Positions 1-8,739 of a DNA stretch of 64,000 bases are shown in pieces. Source of the DNA: an uncultured Bacillales bacterium (GTDB lineage: Bacteria > Bacillota_I > Bacilli_A > RF39 > UBA660). The notes beneath the pieces were generated by a model. It saw nothing but the letters and a program-made list of their open reading frames with translations. It was not told where the DNA came from and ran no database searches. A program made the translations under genes and the position numbers. The stretch spans positions 38,529-102,528 of the forward strand of contig CANOBK010000007.1 of NCBI GenBank assembly GCA_947564265.1, given 5' to 3'. Each line of letters opens with the position of its first letter. Position 1 is the stretch's first letter.

Positions 1-16
1 AATAGGAGGGGTTAAG

Positions 17-688
17 ATGTATAAAGAGTTAGTATTAAATAATGATCCAAAATCAATTCTTAGTGAAACAATTCGTACATTAAGAACAAACTTACAATTT
101 GCATCTGTCGATAAAAAACTACGTACCATTTTAATTACAAGTAGTGTGCCAGGAGAAGGAAAAAGCTTTATTGCAGCAAACTTAGCAGTTGCTTTTGCGC
201 AAAGTGGAACAAGAGTATTACTAGTAGACTGTGATATTAGAAAAGGACGTCAGCATTATATTTTTGATTCTCATAACCAAAAAGGATTATCTAACTTATT
301 GTTAGAAAATGTAAGAGAAAAATACCAAGAATATATTCAAGAAACCAAGATTAAAAATCTTTCTGTTATGTTTCGTGGAGTAACACCACCAAATCCATCA
401 GAATTATTAGGCTCAGAAAAAAATAAAGAATTAATCGAAATTCTAAAAAACGAATATGATCTAATTATTTTCGACTCTGCACCAGTCAATGGTGGATTAA
501 CAGATTCTTTGATTATGAGTACCTTAGTAGATGGTGTTGTGATCGTCAGTGTACACAAAGAAACACCAAAATCTTTACTTACTACAACAAAGAAAAGCTT
601 ACAAAATGTTGGTGCCAATATCTTAGGAACTGTACTAAATCGTGCGAATAGTGGGTCAAAGAAATATTATGGACACTATTACGGATAG
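17..688 (+). CDS. cpsD: BY-kinase, CpsD/CapB/YwqD-type protein-tyrosine kinase (capsule/EPS regulation)
   Basis: AGGAGG RBS just upstream of ATG; Walker A 'SSVPGEGKS', Walker A' 'LLVDCDIRKG', Walker B 'LIIFDSAP', C-terminal tyrosine cluster 'KKYYGHYYG'. Confidence 0.9.
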   Translation: MYKELVLNNDPKSILSETIRTLRTNLQFASVDKKLRTILITSSVPGEGKSFIAANLAVAFAQSGTRVLLVDCDIRKGRQHYIFDSHNQKGLSNLLLENVREKYQEYIQETKIKNLSVMFRGVTPPNPSELLGSEKNKELIEILKNEYDLIIFDSAPVNGGLTDSLIMSTLVDGVVIVSVHKETPKSLLTTTKKSLQNVGANILGTVLNRANSGSKKYYGHYYG

Positions 689-689
689 A

Positions 690-1445
690 ATGGTTGATCT
701 CCATACTCATATTTTACCTGGGGTAGATGATGGAGCGAAAACAATCGAAGAAAGTTTAGAAATTCTTGAGTATCTTTCAGGTTGTGGATTTACAGACTTT
801 GTATTAACATCTCATTATATTCAAAGTACAAAATACAACTCAAATAAAAAAGAAAGAGAAAAAATTCTGAAAGAATTAAAAAAGAATTTATCAAATAAAG
901 ACATAAACTTATACTTAGGAAACGAAGTATATTTATGTGAAAATATTCTTGAGTTATTAGAAAAAAAAGAAATCACGACCTTGAATGGAACAAAGTATCT
1001 ATTGATTGAATTACCGTTAACAGGATACTTAAATAATTTATCCAATATTTTATGTGAGATAACCAATCAAGGATATATTCCAATTGTTGCCCATCCAGAA
1101 AGGTATCATTTTCTTCAAAAAAATAACAAAAGAATTCGTGAATTATTAGAATTTAATTGTCTACTTCAATGTAATATTGATAGTATTACAGGAAAATATG
1201 GAAAAGGTGCAAAAAAACTGATGAAATGGCTTTTAAAGAATGATTTAGTTCAGTTTGTCGCAACAGATACTCATTATGTAGAGAAAGACAAATATTTAAA
1301 GAAGTCATTAAAAAAGTTAAAGAAAACAGTGGGAAATGAAAAATTCATAGAACTAACAAAGACAAATCCTTTGAAAGTATTAAAGGAAGAAACAGTTGAA
1401 GGAAATTTAGAATATTTAATAGAAGAGGAACGAAATAGAAAGTAG
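690..1445 (+). CDS. cpsB: PHP-family protein-tyrosine phosphatase, CpsB/YwqE type
   Basis: N-terminal 'VDLHTHILPGVDDG', later 'VAHPERY' and 'ATDTH' metal-ligand motifs; ATG at 690 lies 1 nt after the kinase stop (ORF-track start 642 would overlap the kinase). Confidence 0.88.
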   Translation: MVDLHTHILPGVDDGAKTIEESLEILEYLSGCGFTDFVLTSHYIQSTKYNSNKKEREKILKELKKNLSNKDINLYLGNEVYLCENILELLEKKEITTLNGTKYLLIELPLTGYLNNLSNILCEITNQGYIPIVAHPERYHFLQKNNKRIRELLEFNCLLQCNIDSITGKYGKGAKKLMKWLLKNDLVQFVATDTHYVEKDKYLKKSLKKLKKTVGNEKFIELTKTNPLKVLKEETVEGNLEYLIEEERNRK

Positions 1446-1546
1446 TTTCTCTTTTTTTGTCTTTTTTTGTAAAAAGGTAGGAATTTTTTTTAAAATACCT
1501 ATTCGAAAAAGATGAGAACTTATATAATGAGAGTGGAAGTGATAAA

Positions 1547-3277
1547 ATGCAAGAAGATGGATTTAATTTAGTAATTGACAATGTAAGTGAGCAAGTTCAA
1601 ATTGGGAATAAGACTAAGACTATTTTATCAAATTTATCTCTCAGCATAGAACGTGGAGAATTTATTGCAATTGTCGGATGCTCTGGGGCAGGAAAAACCA
1701 CTTTAATGAATATATTAAGTGGATATAGTAAACCTAGTAAAGGCAACATCTATATTGAGGGTTTAGATCTTTTAGAAAATGAAGAATATTTCAAAGGTAG
1801 AATTGCTTATGTTCCACAAGAAGAGATTTTAGATCAGAGTTTAACTCTATATAAGTCTTTAGAATATTCATTGAAATTAAGAATTAAAAATGTTAGTAAG
1901 AGGGAAAGTAAAAAGACCATTCATCATATTTTAAAGATATTAGAGTTATTCCATGTAAAAAATACAATGATTAGGAATTTAAGTGGTGGTGAAAAAAAGA
2001 GAGCTTCCATTGCAACAGAAATGCTTAGTGATCCTAATTTATTTTTATTAGATGAACCTACGAGTGGATTAGATGCTAATATTGAAAAAAAGATTATGCG
2101 ACAGTTAAGAGAGATTGCAGATACTGGAAAGACCATTGTAATTACAGCACATACTGTATCCAATTTGAATCTATGTGACAAAGTACTCTTTATGGGAACA
2201 AGTGGTAGAATTTGTTATTATGGACCTTACAAAGATATTTTTAAATATTTTGGAGTTCAAGAATTTGTAGATATCTATGATTTATTAAAGGAAGATTCTG
2301 CTACTTGGTATAAAAAGTATAAAGAAAATCAAAAAAAGATTGAATTACCAGAGGAAATGAAGATAGATAAAAAGGAAAGGGTAGGCTTTTTTTGTCAAAC
2401 GATTACTTTAGTAAGGAGATACTTATCTTCTTTAATTAATAATAAATTGATGCTGTTATTATTATTGGGGCAGGCCCTATTAATGGGTTCTTTAATTTGT
2501 GTGGCAGTTGAAAAAAAAGGTTTTCTAAATCCAATGACCTCATCGATGATGTGTGTTGCTTTTACTCTAGCATCTATGTGGCTAGGATTATTTAATACGA
2601 TTCAGGAAATTGTCAAGGAAAGAGACATGCTGAAAAAGGAATATATGAGTGGTTTAAATTTTGCTTCCTATATTGTTTCTAAAATTATTGTCGTTGCCTT
2701 TTTATGTTTATATCAGGCAATTACTTGTGTTACTATTGTTTATTTTCATTTAAGCCCGAGACCAGAAGATGTGTTAGTATTTAATACACTAGTTGCATTA
2801 ATTGTTAATTTTTTCCTAGTTGCATTTTCTACTAGTATTATTGGATTATTCATTTCATCTTTAGTCAAGGATTCAAAAACAACATTAATTCTTTCTCCAC
2901 TTTACATGATGATTCAGATGCTTTTTTCTGGCATGTTTGTTCCCTTTGTAAAACTTACTGAGAATATTTCTTATTTTACTTCTGGTAGATGGGGCTTTGA
3001 AAGTTTTGGAACTATCAGTCATTTGACAAAATATGGTGTTATGGAACCTACTGAGAATTTCTTTAAGTTTACACAAAACCATATTGTGAGTATATGGATA
3101 ATTACAGTTTTGATTTCATTATTATTTTTGATATTCAGTATTTATGCTATTCGAATTAATATCTTATCAAAGAAGAAGGATGCATTAATTTTAGATGAAG
3201 AGAAGTTTAAAGTTAGAAGGAGAAAAACAAATCATATGTGGAGTCAAAGGAAAAAATTATTACAGAGTGAGGGATGA
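1547..3277 (+). CDS. Fused ABC transporter ATPase + ABC-2-type permease (ABCG-like half transporter)
   Basis: Walker A 'GCSGAGKTT', signature 'LSGGEKKRASIA', Walker B 'LFLLDEPTSGLD'; C-terminal half has multiple hydrophobic spans. Confidence 0.85.
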   Translation: MQEDGFNLVIDNVSEQVQIGNKTKTILSNLSLSIERGEFIAIVGCSGAGKTTLMNILSGYSKPSKGNIYIEGLDLLENEEYFKGRIAYVPQEEILDQSLTLYKSLEYSLKLRIKNVSKRESKKTIHHILKILELFHVKNTMIRNLSGGEKKRASIATEMLSDPNLFLLDEPTSGLDANIEKKIMRQLREIADTGKTIVITAHTVSNLNLCDKVLFMGTSGRICYYGPYKDIFKYFGVQEFVDIYDLLKEDSATWYKKYKENQKKIELPEEMKIDKKERVGFFCQTITLVRRYLSSLINNKLMLLLLLGQALLMGSLICVAVEKKGFLNPMTSSMMCVAFTLASMWLGLFNTIQEIVKERDMLKKEYMSGLNFASYIVSKIIVVAFLCLYQAITCVTIVYFHLSPRPEDVLVFNTLVALIVNFFLVAFSTSIIGLFISSLVKDSKTTLILSPLYMMIQMLFSGMFVPFVKLTENISYFTSGRWGFESFGTISHLTKYGVMEPTENFFKFTQNHIVSIWIITVLISLLFLIFSIYAIRINILSKKKDALILDEEKFKVRRRKTNHMWSQRKKLLQSEG

Positions 3278-3281
3278 TAGG

Positions 3282-3869
3282 ATGAGAAATAAAACAATTG
3301 TATTAGCATCTAATAATCAACATAAGTTAAAAGAATTTAAAGAAATTTTAACAGAGTATCAAATTCTTTCATTAAATGAGATTGAGTATACTGAGGAAAT
3401 TGAGGAAAATGGAAAAACCTTTGAAGAAAACGCACTTATTAAGGCAAAAACAATCCATGACTATTTAAAAGTACAAGGACTGAATTATTTAGTAATTGCA
3501 GAAGATAGTGGTTTATGTGTCGATTCCTTAAATGGTGAACCTGGAATCTACAGTGCAAGATATGCTGGAATTCGCGGAGATGATCAAGCCAATCGAGATA
3601 AACTCCTAGAAAAGTTAAATGGTAAAAAGAGGGATGCCTATTTCATTTGTACGATTCTAGTGTACTATCCAAATGGAGGACATAAAACCTTTGTTGGAAA
3701 AACCTTTGGTAAAATTACAGAACAAGAATTAGGTAGTAAGGATTTTGGTTATGATTGTATTTTCTATTCTAATGATTTAAACAAGACATTTGGGGAAGCA
3801 ACTGAGAAAGAGAAAAACGGTGTTTCTCATCGTGGGAGAGCAATTCAAGAAATGATAAGGGAATTATAG
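3282..3869 (+). CDS. rdgB: dITP/XTP pyrophosphatase (Ham1/RdgB family)
   Basis: 'IVLASNNQHKLKEFKEIL', 'AEDSGLCVDSLNGEPGIYSARY', 'FGYDCIF', 'SHRGRA'; ATG 3282 follows the ABC gene stop, so the ORF-track start 3195 is an overlap artefact. Confidence 0.9.
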   Translation: MRNKTIVLASNNQHKLKEFKEILTEYQILSLNEIEYTEEIEENGKTFEENALIKAKTIHDYLKVQGLNYLVIAEDSGLCVDSLNGEPGIYSARYAGIRGDDQANRDKLLEKLNGKKRDAYFICTILVYYPNGGHKTFVGKTFGKITEQELGSKDFGYDCIFYSNDLNKTFGEATEKEKNGVSHRGRAIQEMIREL

Positions 3870-3884
3870 TGTGGGTGATAAAAG

Positions 3885-5084
3885 ATGTCGATTGTTAAAG
3901 TGTTAAACGTAGGACAGGGAGATAGTATGATTCTAAAACATCCTGATGACTGTAATTGTGGAGAACATGAAAAAACAATTTTAATTGATCTTGGACCAGG
4001 TGATGGAGGTAGGAACCCGAAAGTAGGTGGGATTGATTATGATATAACAAACAGGCTGAATTGTAATGAAAATCTTCATATATTTTTAACACATTCTCAT
4101 ATGGATCATATTAATGGATTTCGATTTTTTTGGTCAAATTGGTCAAAGTTAAATCGAATTAGTGAAATCACAGTACCTTGTTATCACAATCAATGTGTTT
4201 TAATCGCAGAAGCACTGTTAAAATTAAAGGGAGTTCAAAACTTAAATCCAAATAGTGTGATCGATACGTTAAAACAAATTTTAATCAATCAATCATTTTT
4301 GGCCTGGATGAGTAAAAAGAAGGATATTATCACTTATGCATATGAGGGGAAACCTATTTGTGAACATATTACCTGTCTTAATCCTCCTAAATTTTATGTC
4401 CCAACTGATGGATATTATTATGATTATGATAGGGAACGTTTCTATCGCTTAGCAGATGATTTGTTTATGCCAGAATTTGCTGAGAAAATAAAATACTTTA
4501 TAAAATATGGCAGACCATATAAAAAATACGAGGATACTGATGAAGATTATTGGTTAGAGGTGAAAGAGAAACACTCGATGGAAATGAAGGAATCTCGATT
4601 CCGTTTCGTAGCTCATTTCTTTTTAGAGAATCAGGAAGAATTACAATTATTTAATTGGGAAAGTACCTACGGCAATTATAGAAAACTATATAGAAATTAT
4701 TGTAAATATGCTCATAAAGCTTGTATTGTATTGAAAGCTACATTTGGAGAAGATACAATGTTATTTACAGGTGATGCAGAAAGGCAAGTATTCGAACGAT
4801 TAATCAAAGAAGGAAAATATCAAGAACTGTCGGCAGAGTATTTAAAAATGCCCCATCATGGAAGTAAATATAATATAAATCTTAATATATTAAAAACAAT
4901 CCATCCCAAAGCAGCTATTATCTCTCATGGAAGTCGATATCATCATCCGAATAAATCTACAACAGATTTGTTGAGACAACAAAATATAGAATTTTATTTA
5001 ACAAATGATGCAATAAAAAAGGGGCAACTTCCAATTTATAAAAAGGATAATCCTCCCAACAATAGTTTTATTGAGGTAGAGTAA
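3885..5084 (+). CDS. MBL-fold metallo-hydrolase, ComEC/Rec2 C-terminal-domain-like, stand-alone
   Basis: 'VLNVGQGDS', HxHxDH motif 'HSHMDHINGF', 'FTGDAE', 'MPHHGS'; no membrane competence domain attached. Confidence 0.75.
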   Translation: MSIVKVLNVGQGDSMILKHPDDCNCGEHEKTILIDLGPGDGGRNPKVGGIDYDITNRLNCNENLHIFLTHSHMDHINGFRFFWSNWSKLNRISEITVPCYHNQCVLIAEALLKLKGVQNLNPNSVIDTLKQILINQSFLAWMSKKKDIITYAYEGKPICEHITCLNPPKFYVPTDGYYYDYDRERFYRLADDLFMPEFAEKIKYFIKYGRPYKKYEDTDEDYWLEVKEKHSMEMKESRFRFVAHFFLENQEELQLFNWESTYGNYRKLYRNYCKYAHKACIVLKATFGEDTMLFTGDAERQVFERLIKEGKYQELSAEYLKMPHHGSKYNINLNILKTIHPKAAIISHGSRYHHPNKSTTDLLRQQNIEFYLTNDAIKKGQLPIYKKDNPPNNSFIEVE

Positions 5085-5109
5085 TAAATTTTAATTATGA
5101 GGTGGTAAA

Positions 5110-6009
5110 ATGGAAAGAGAAGTATTAAAGTCTAGAGATGGATATTCTTTAGATGTCCATATATTTGAAGTAAAAAAAGCAAATGCTGTGATACAAATAA
5201 TTCATGGAATGGAAGAACATCAAGAACGATATGAACCGTTTATTGAATTTTTAAATAAAAATGGATTCTCTGTAGTAAGTTCTGATATGAGAGGACATGG
5301 AAGTAGTGCGAAGGATCTTGGTTACTTTAAAGATAAAAAAGGATATTTAGAATTAGTAGAAGATCAAAAGACTGTAACTGCTTTTATTAAAAAGCGTTTT
5401 CAGAATGTTCCTATCTACTTGTTTGCGCATTCTATGGGAACTATTATTACACGAGTCCTTTTACAAGAAAATTCATCTAATTATGAGAAAGTTGTTTTAT
5501 CAGGATATCCGAACTATCAGGTAGGCGCTCATTTTGGAATCATAACTGCGAATGTTATTCAGTTCTTTCATGGTCCTAAATATAAATCAAAACTGTTAAG
5601 TTCCTTAAGCATTGGTTCTTTTAACAAAAAAATTAAAAATCCAAAAACAGATCTTGATTGGATTAGTTATAATGAAGAAAATGTAAAAGCCTACATGGAA
5701 GATCCTTACTGTGGAATTGGTTTTACTTGTTCAGCTTTTAATGATTTATTTCATCTTGTTGTACTCATGCATCAACCAAACAAATATCACAATGTCAATG
5801 AAAAAATGAAACTCTTATTACTAAGAGGACTCGATGATCCATGTACTGGAGGAGAGAAGGGAGCAAATGATTCCTACCAAGTCTTACTAAAGGCTGGATT
5901 CAAATCAATTCAACGAATCGATTATCCTAATATGCGACATGAAATTATTGCGGAGAAGGAAAAGAAAAAAGTATATCAGGATACTTTAAAATTTTATCAA
6001 GAAAAGTAA
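5110..6009 (+). CDS. Alpha/beta hydrolase, lysophospholipase/monoacylglycerol-lipase-like
   Basis: GAGGTGG RBS; 'IIHGMEEHQERY', nucleophile elbow 'AHSMGT', C-terminal 'MRHEI'. Confidence 0.8.
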   Translation: MEREVLKSRDGYSLDVHIFEVKKANAVIQIIHGMEEHQERYEPFIEFLNKNGFSVVSSDMRGHGSSAKDLGYFKDKKGYLELVEDQKTVTAFIKKRFQNVPIYLFAHSMGTIITRVLLQENSSNYEKVVLSGYPNYQVGAHFGIITANVIQFFHGPKYKSKLLSSLSIGSFNKKIKNPKTDLDWISYNEENVKAYMEDPYCGIGFTCSAFNDLFHLVVLMHQPNKYHNVNEKMKLLLLRGLDDPCTGGEKGANDSYQVLLKAGFKSIQRIDYPNMRHEIIAEKEKKKVYQDTLKFYQEK

Positions 6010-6010
6010 T

Positions 6011-6040
6011 AAAAAAAGTCTAGAAATCCTAGATTTTTTT
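6011..6040. terminator. Putative rho-independent terminator (A-tract/hairpin/T-tract)
   Basis: TCTAG(6019-6023)/CTAGA(6029-6033) stem extended by A-run pairing with the T-run 6034-6040. Confidence 0.55.
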
Positions 6041-6116
6041 ACTGAGAAAAAGATATTTAAATAAAATAACTTTTTTGTGTTACAATAAAAATAACAAATA
6101 ATAAAGGAGGATATTT

Positions 6117-7001
6117 ATGGATTTAAAGAAATTATTTGGTTATCAAGGTAAGACAGTAGTAATTACAGGTTCTGCATCAGGAATGAGTAAATCAGCAACA
6201 GAGTTATTATTAGAGTTAGGAGCAGAAGTATATGCGATTGATATTAATCCGATCGATTTACCAGTTAAAAAAGCATTTCAAGCAGACTTAAGTAAGAAGG
6301 AAGAGATTGATAAAGTAATTGAAGAATTACCTAAAAAGATTGATGCTTTATTCTTATGTCATGGGATTGCTTATTTTCCTGGGAAGGAACTACTTGTACA
6401 AAAGGTAAATTTCTATAGTCAAAAATATATGACAGAACAATTACTAGAAAGAATTTCAGATCATGGATCTGTTACTTATATTTCTTCTGTTGGAGGATTT
6501 GGATGGCAACAGGTTTATAGTCAAGCTGTTGAATTAATTAATTTACCTACTTGGGAAGATGCAATGAAATGGTATGAAGAGCATCCAGAACTAATTCAGA
6601 GTGCTTATGTATTTGCTAAACAATGTTTGGAGTCTTATGTAACTTATAAATGTATGTCAAAGGAATTTATTGATCGCAAGATTCGTATCAACGCAATTAA
6701 TCCAGGAGATACTACAACTGGATTAACGGAAGATTTTAATAAATCGACAAGTCCTAATGGAGATGTTAAAGAGGGAGAAGAAATGATTTCTAATATCTTC
6801 TTAAAAAGTTGGAATGGGTATGCTGCAGAACCAGAAGATATGGGATATCCTATGGTAGTAATCGGTAGTGATATTTGTTCTTATATGTCAGGACAATTAA
6901 TTTATATTGACTTTGGATTAACTTCTTCATGGACTAGTGGAGCTTTATTACAGGCAAATCAAAAGACAATTGAAGAAATATCAAAGGAAGCAAATGATTA
7001 A
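6117..7001 (+). CDS. SDR-family oxidoreductase
   Basis: AAGGAGG RBS; 'VVITGSASGMSK' dinucleotide-binding motif, YxxxK as 'YVFAK', 'NAINPGDT'. Confidence 0.8.
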   Translation: MDLKKLFGYQGKTVVITGSASGMSKSATELLLELGAEVYAIDINPIDLPVKKAFQADLSKKEEIDKVIEELPKKIDALFLCHGIAYFPGKELLVQKVNFYSQKYMTEQLLERISDHGSVTYISSVGGFGWQQVYSQAVELINLPTWEDAMKWYEEHPELIQSAYVFAKQCLESYVTYKCMSKEFIDRKIRINAINPGDTTTGLTEDFNKSTSPNGDVKEGEEMISNIFLKSWNGYAAEPEDMGYPMVVIGSDICSYMSGQLIYIDFGLTSSWTSGALLQANQKTIEEISKEAND

Positions 7002-7020
7002 TATTTAAAACTTTTTCAAA

Positions 7021-7046
7021 GGCCAAACTTAATGTTTGGTCTTTTT
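7021..7046 (+). terminator. Rho-independent terminator
   Basis: GGCCAAAC (7021-7028) / GTTTGGTC (7034-7041), one G-U pair, followed by TTTTT. Confidence 0.7.
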
Positions 7047-7126
7047 CTAAGAATAATTTCTTAGAGGAATATAAAACTAAGTAGTGCATATAAAAAGATA
7101 GAGGTATGAAAAAAATTAGAAAACTA

Positions 7127-7155
7127 TTGACGATTTTACCAATTTATGGTATAAT
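7127..7155 (+). promoter_or_regulatory. Sigma-A-type promoter for the first cohesin gene
   Basis: -35 TTGACG (7127-7132), 17-nt spacer, extended -10 TGgTATAAT (TATAAT 7150-7155). Confidence 0.7.
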
Positions 7156-7181
7156 ATGCGACAACTTAGGGGGAAATTGAA

Positions 7182-7913
7182 ATGAAAAAGAAATTAGTAT
7201 TAGGTACAATTTTAGCTGGGATGTTATTAAGCATAACTCCAGTAGATGCAAAAGGAACTGCAAAGGTAAGCTTTGTGTCAGACAATGAAGTAAAAGTAGG
7301 GGATACTTTTACAGTAAAACTACAAGTATCAGATATTAAGGATACTTATGATGGTGTTGTTAGTATGAGTGGACGTTTGTCTTTTGATCAGGACATAATT
7401 GAATTTGTTTCTGCTAAAGGAATCGAAACACCTTACCAATTCCAAATGAATGAAAGAACAATGATGATAGCAGGCCTTGATTTTACCTTAAAAAATGGCT
7501 TCTATGATACCTTAACTGTCTATGAATTCACATTTAAGGCTATTCAAGAAGGTACTTCTAATATTACCTTAGAAAAATCTACTTTAACTGATAGTAAGGG
7601 TTATATTACCAATACAGTGGTTAATCAGGAAATCGAAGTAAAAGAAGAAAATACCATCGATGAGATTATTCCTACAGAGGAAAAAACTTCAATAGTTTTA
7701 GAAGACAAGAAGGATATAGCAAAAGAAGAAAACGTTGTAGAAGTCGAGAAAGAGGAAAAAGTAGAATCTAGCAAGGAAGAAAAACCAGTAGCCCAAGAGA
7801 AGACTACTACTTCTGATACTAAAAAAGCAAAAAGAGTAAGAAGAATTTATCGTTCTCAAAAATTTCAACGAGTAGTAAAAGACATCGTTTTAAAGTTAAA
7901 GAACTTATTTTAA
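7182..7913 (+). CDS. Secreted cohesin-domain protein with Glu/Lys-rich linker and strongly basic C-terminal tail
   Basis: Signal peptide 'MKKKLVLGTILAGMLLSITPVDA'; cohesin-like 'VKVGDTFTVKLQVSDIKDTYDGVVSMSGRLSFDQDIIEFVSAKG ... YEFTFKAIQEGTSNITL'; tail 'KKAKRVRRIYRSQKFQRVVKDIVLKLKNLF'. Confidence 0.7.
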   Translation: MKKKLVLGTILAGMLLSITPVDAKGTAKVSFVSDNEVKVGDTFTVKLQVSDIKDTYDGVVSMSGRLSFDQDIIEFVSAKGIETPYQFQMNERTMMIAGLDFTLKNGFYDTLTVYEFTFKAIQEGTSNITLEKSTLTDSKGYITNTVVNQEIEVKEENTIDEIIPTEEKTSIVLEDKKDIAKEENVVEVEKEEKVESSKEEKPVAQEKTTTSDTKKAKRVRRIYRSQKFQRVVKDIVLKLKNLF

Positions 7914-7916
7914 GAG

Positions 7917-7942
7917 AGAAGATTGTGATATCTTCTTTTTTT
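7917..7942 (+). terminator. Rho-independent terminator
   Basis: AGAAGAT (7917-7923) / ATCTTCT (7930-7936) stem followed by a T-run. Confidence 0.65.
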
Positions 7943-7965
7943 ATATCTTTCTTTGCATAAAAGAC

Positions 7966-7995
7966 TTGTTTTCTTTTTTTAAAATATGCTATAAT
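7966..7995 (+). promoter_or_regulatory. Putative sigma-A promoter (extended -10)
   Basis: TTGTTT (7966-7971), 18-nt spacer, TGcTATAAT (TATAAT 7990-7995). Confidence 0.5.
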
Positions 7996-8020
7996 GAATT
8001 TACAAGGTAGGTAGTATAGT

Positions 8021-8509
8021 ATGAAAAATTTAAATAAGAAAACATTGATTATCATTGCTAGTATTCTAGTAGTTGTGCTTGTAGTATTAACAGTTTTTAT
8101 CTTAAATCCATTTGCAAAGAGTGCCTCTCAAGAAGAGGATATGAAGAAAAAACTTGAAACGATGGGTGCAGAGTTTTATGAAGACTTCTATTACAAACAA
8201 ATTGATTCTTTAGGGGAAGAGAAAGCAGACTTTCTAAAAAAATATGAAACTTTAGGGATTAAAGTTGACTTAGGAAATCTTTCTCGTTATAAAGGACAGA
8301 ATGATAGTGAAGAAATTTTAAAAGAATTTGTTAACAAAGAAACAAATAAAGCTTGCGATAAAAATAAGACACAAGTAATTATTTATCCACAAAGCCCTTA
8401 TGATAAAAAATCATATAAGCTTGAAGTTAAATTAGAATGTGGATTTGAGACAGAAAAAGAAAATGAAGAAAACAATGAAACCAAAAATAATGAGAACAAA
8501 GAGCAGTGA
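8021..8509 (+). CDS. Membrane-anchored hypothetical protein
   Basis: N-terminal TM 'LIIIASILVVVLVVLTVFIL', acidic/Lys-rich ectodomain; no recognised domain. Confidence 0.65.
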   Translation: MKNLNKKTLIIIASILVVVLVVLTVFILNPFAKSASQEEDMKKKLETMGAEFYEDFYYKQIDSLGEEKADFLKKYETLGIKVDLGNLSRYKGQNDSEEILKEFVNKETNKACDKNKTQVIIYPQSPYDKKSYKLEVKLECGFETEKENEENNETKNNENKEQ

Positions 8510-8557
8510 TGCTCTTTTTCTTTGCATGAAATAATATAAACAGTAAATACTAATGAT

Positions 8558-8587
8558 AAGAAAGACGTTTGGTAGTCTTTCTTTTTT
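8558..8587 (+). terminator. Rho-independent terminator
   Basis: AAGAAAGAC (8558-8566) / GTCTTTCTT (8575-8583), 9-bp perfect stem, then a T-run. Confidence 0.75.
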
Positions 8588-8739
8588 AGTCAACTTAAAA
8601 ACGGAAAAATGTAAAACAATCTAGTGACTTTACATCTATTGACAGCTGTTTACATTTGTTTTGCACAAAAGGACTAGTCAATTGTCAAATTGTCTGTTAT
8701 AGTCGAATTAAAGATAAAGAAAGATATGGAGTTGTTATT

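Noticed and set aside
642-689. Long N-terminal extensions in the ORF track (642, 3195, 8656, 15895, 30173, 40779, 42011, 43029, 43391, 43932, 54963, 56804)
   Set aside because: Each extension overlaps the previous gene or lacks an SD. A downstream start with a proper SD begins the recognisable domain or signal peptide, so the starts were moved.
337-3082. Minus-strand ORFs inside cpsD, cpsB and the ABC gene (337-618, 821-1066, 1345-1581, 1924-2181, 2885-3082)
   Set aside because: They overlap motif-supported plus-strand genes, are low-complexity translations and have no RBS. The same reasoning applies to the other short antisense ORFs in the track (e.g. 3895, 9034, 14337, 15111, 16806, 22180, 24306, 24666, 25076, 28478, 29763, 31360, 34079-34741, 34941, 38647, 41857, 42710, 43853, 46830, 47754, 52421, 53937, 55693, 56406, 58372, 58606, 61866).
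8680-8694. Tandem AATTGTC repeat upstream of the 8740 gene sharing the 9-mer AATTGTCAA with the inverted repeat GACAATTTTTGTC (13528-13540) upstream of the 13684 gene, as a possible common operator
   Set aside because: A single shared 9-mer in two AT-rich intergenic regions, overlapping TTGACA-like -35 sequences, cannot be told apart from chance without more genomes or a motif search.
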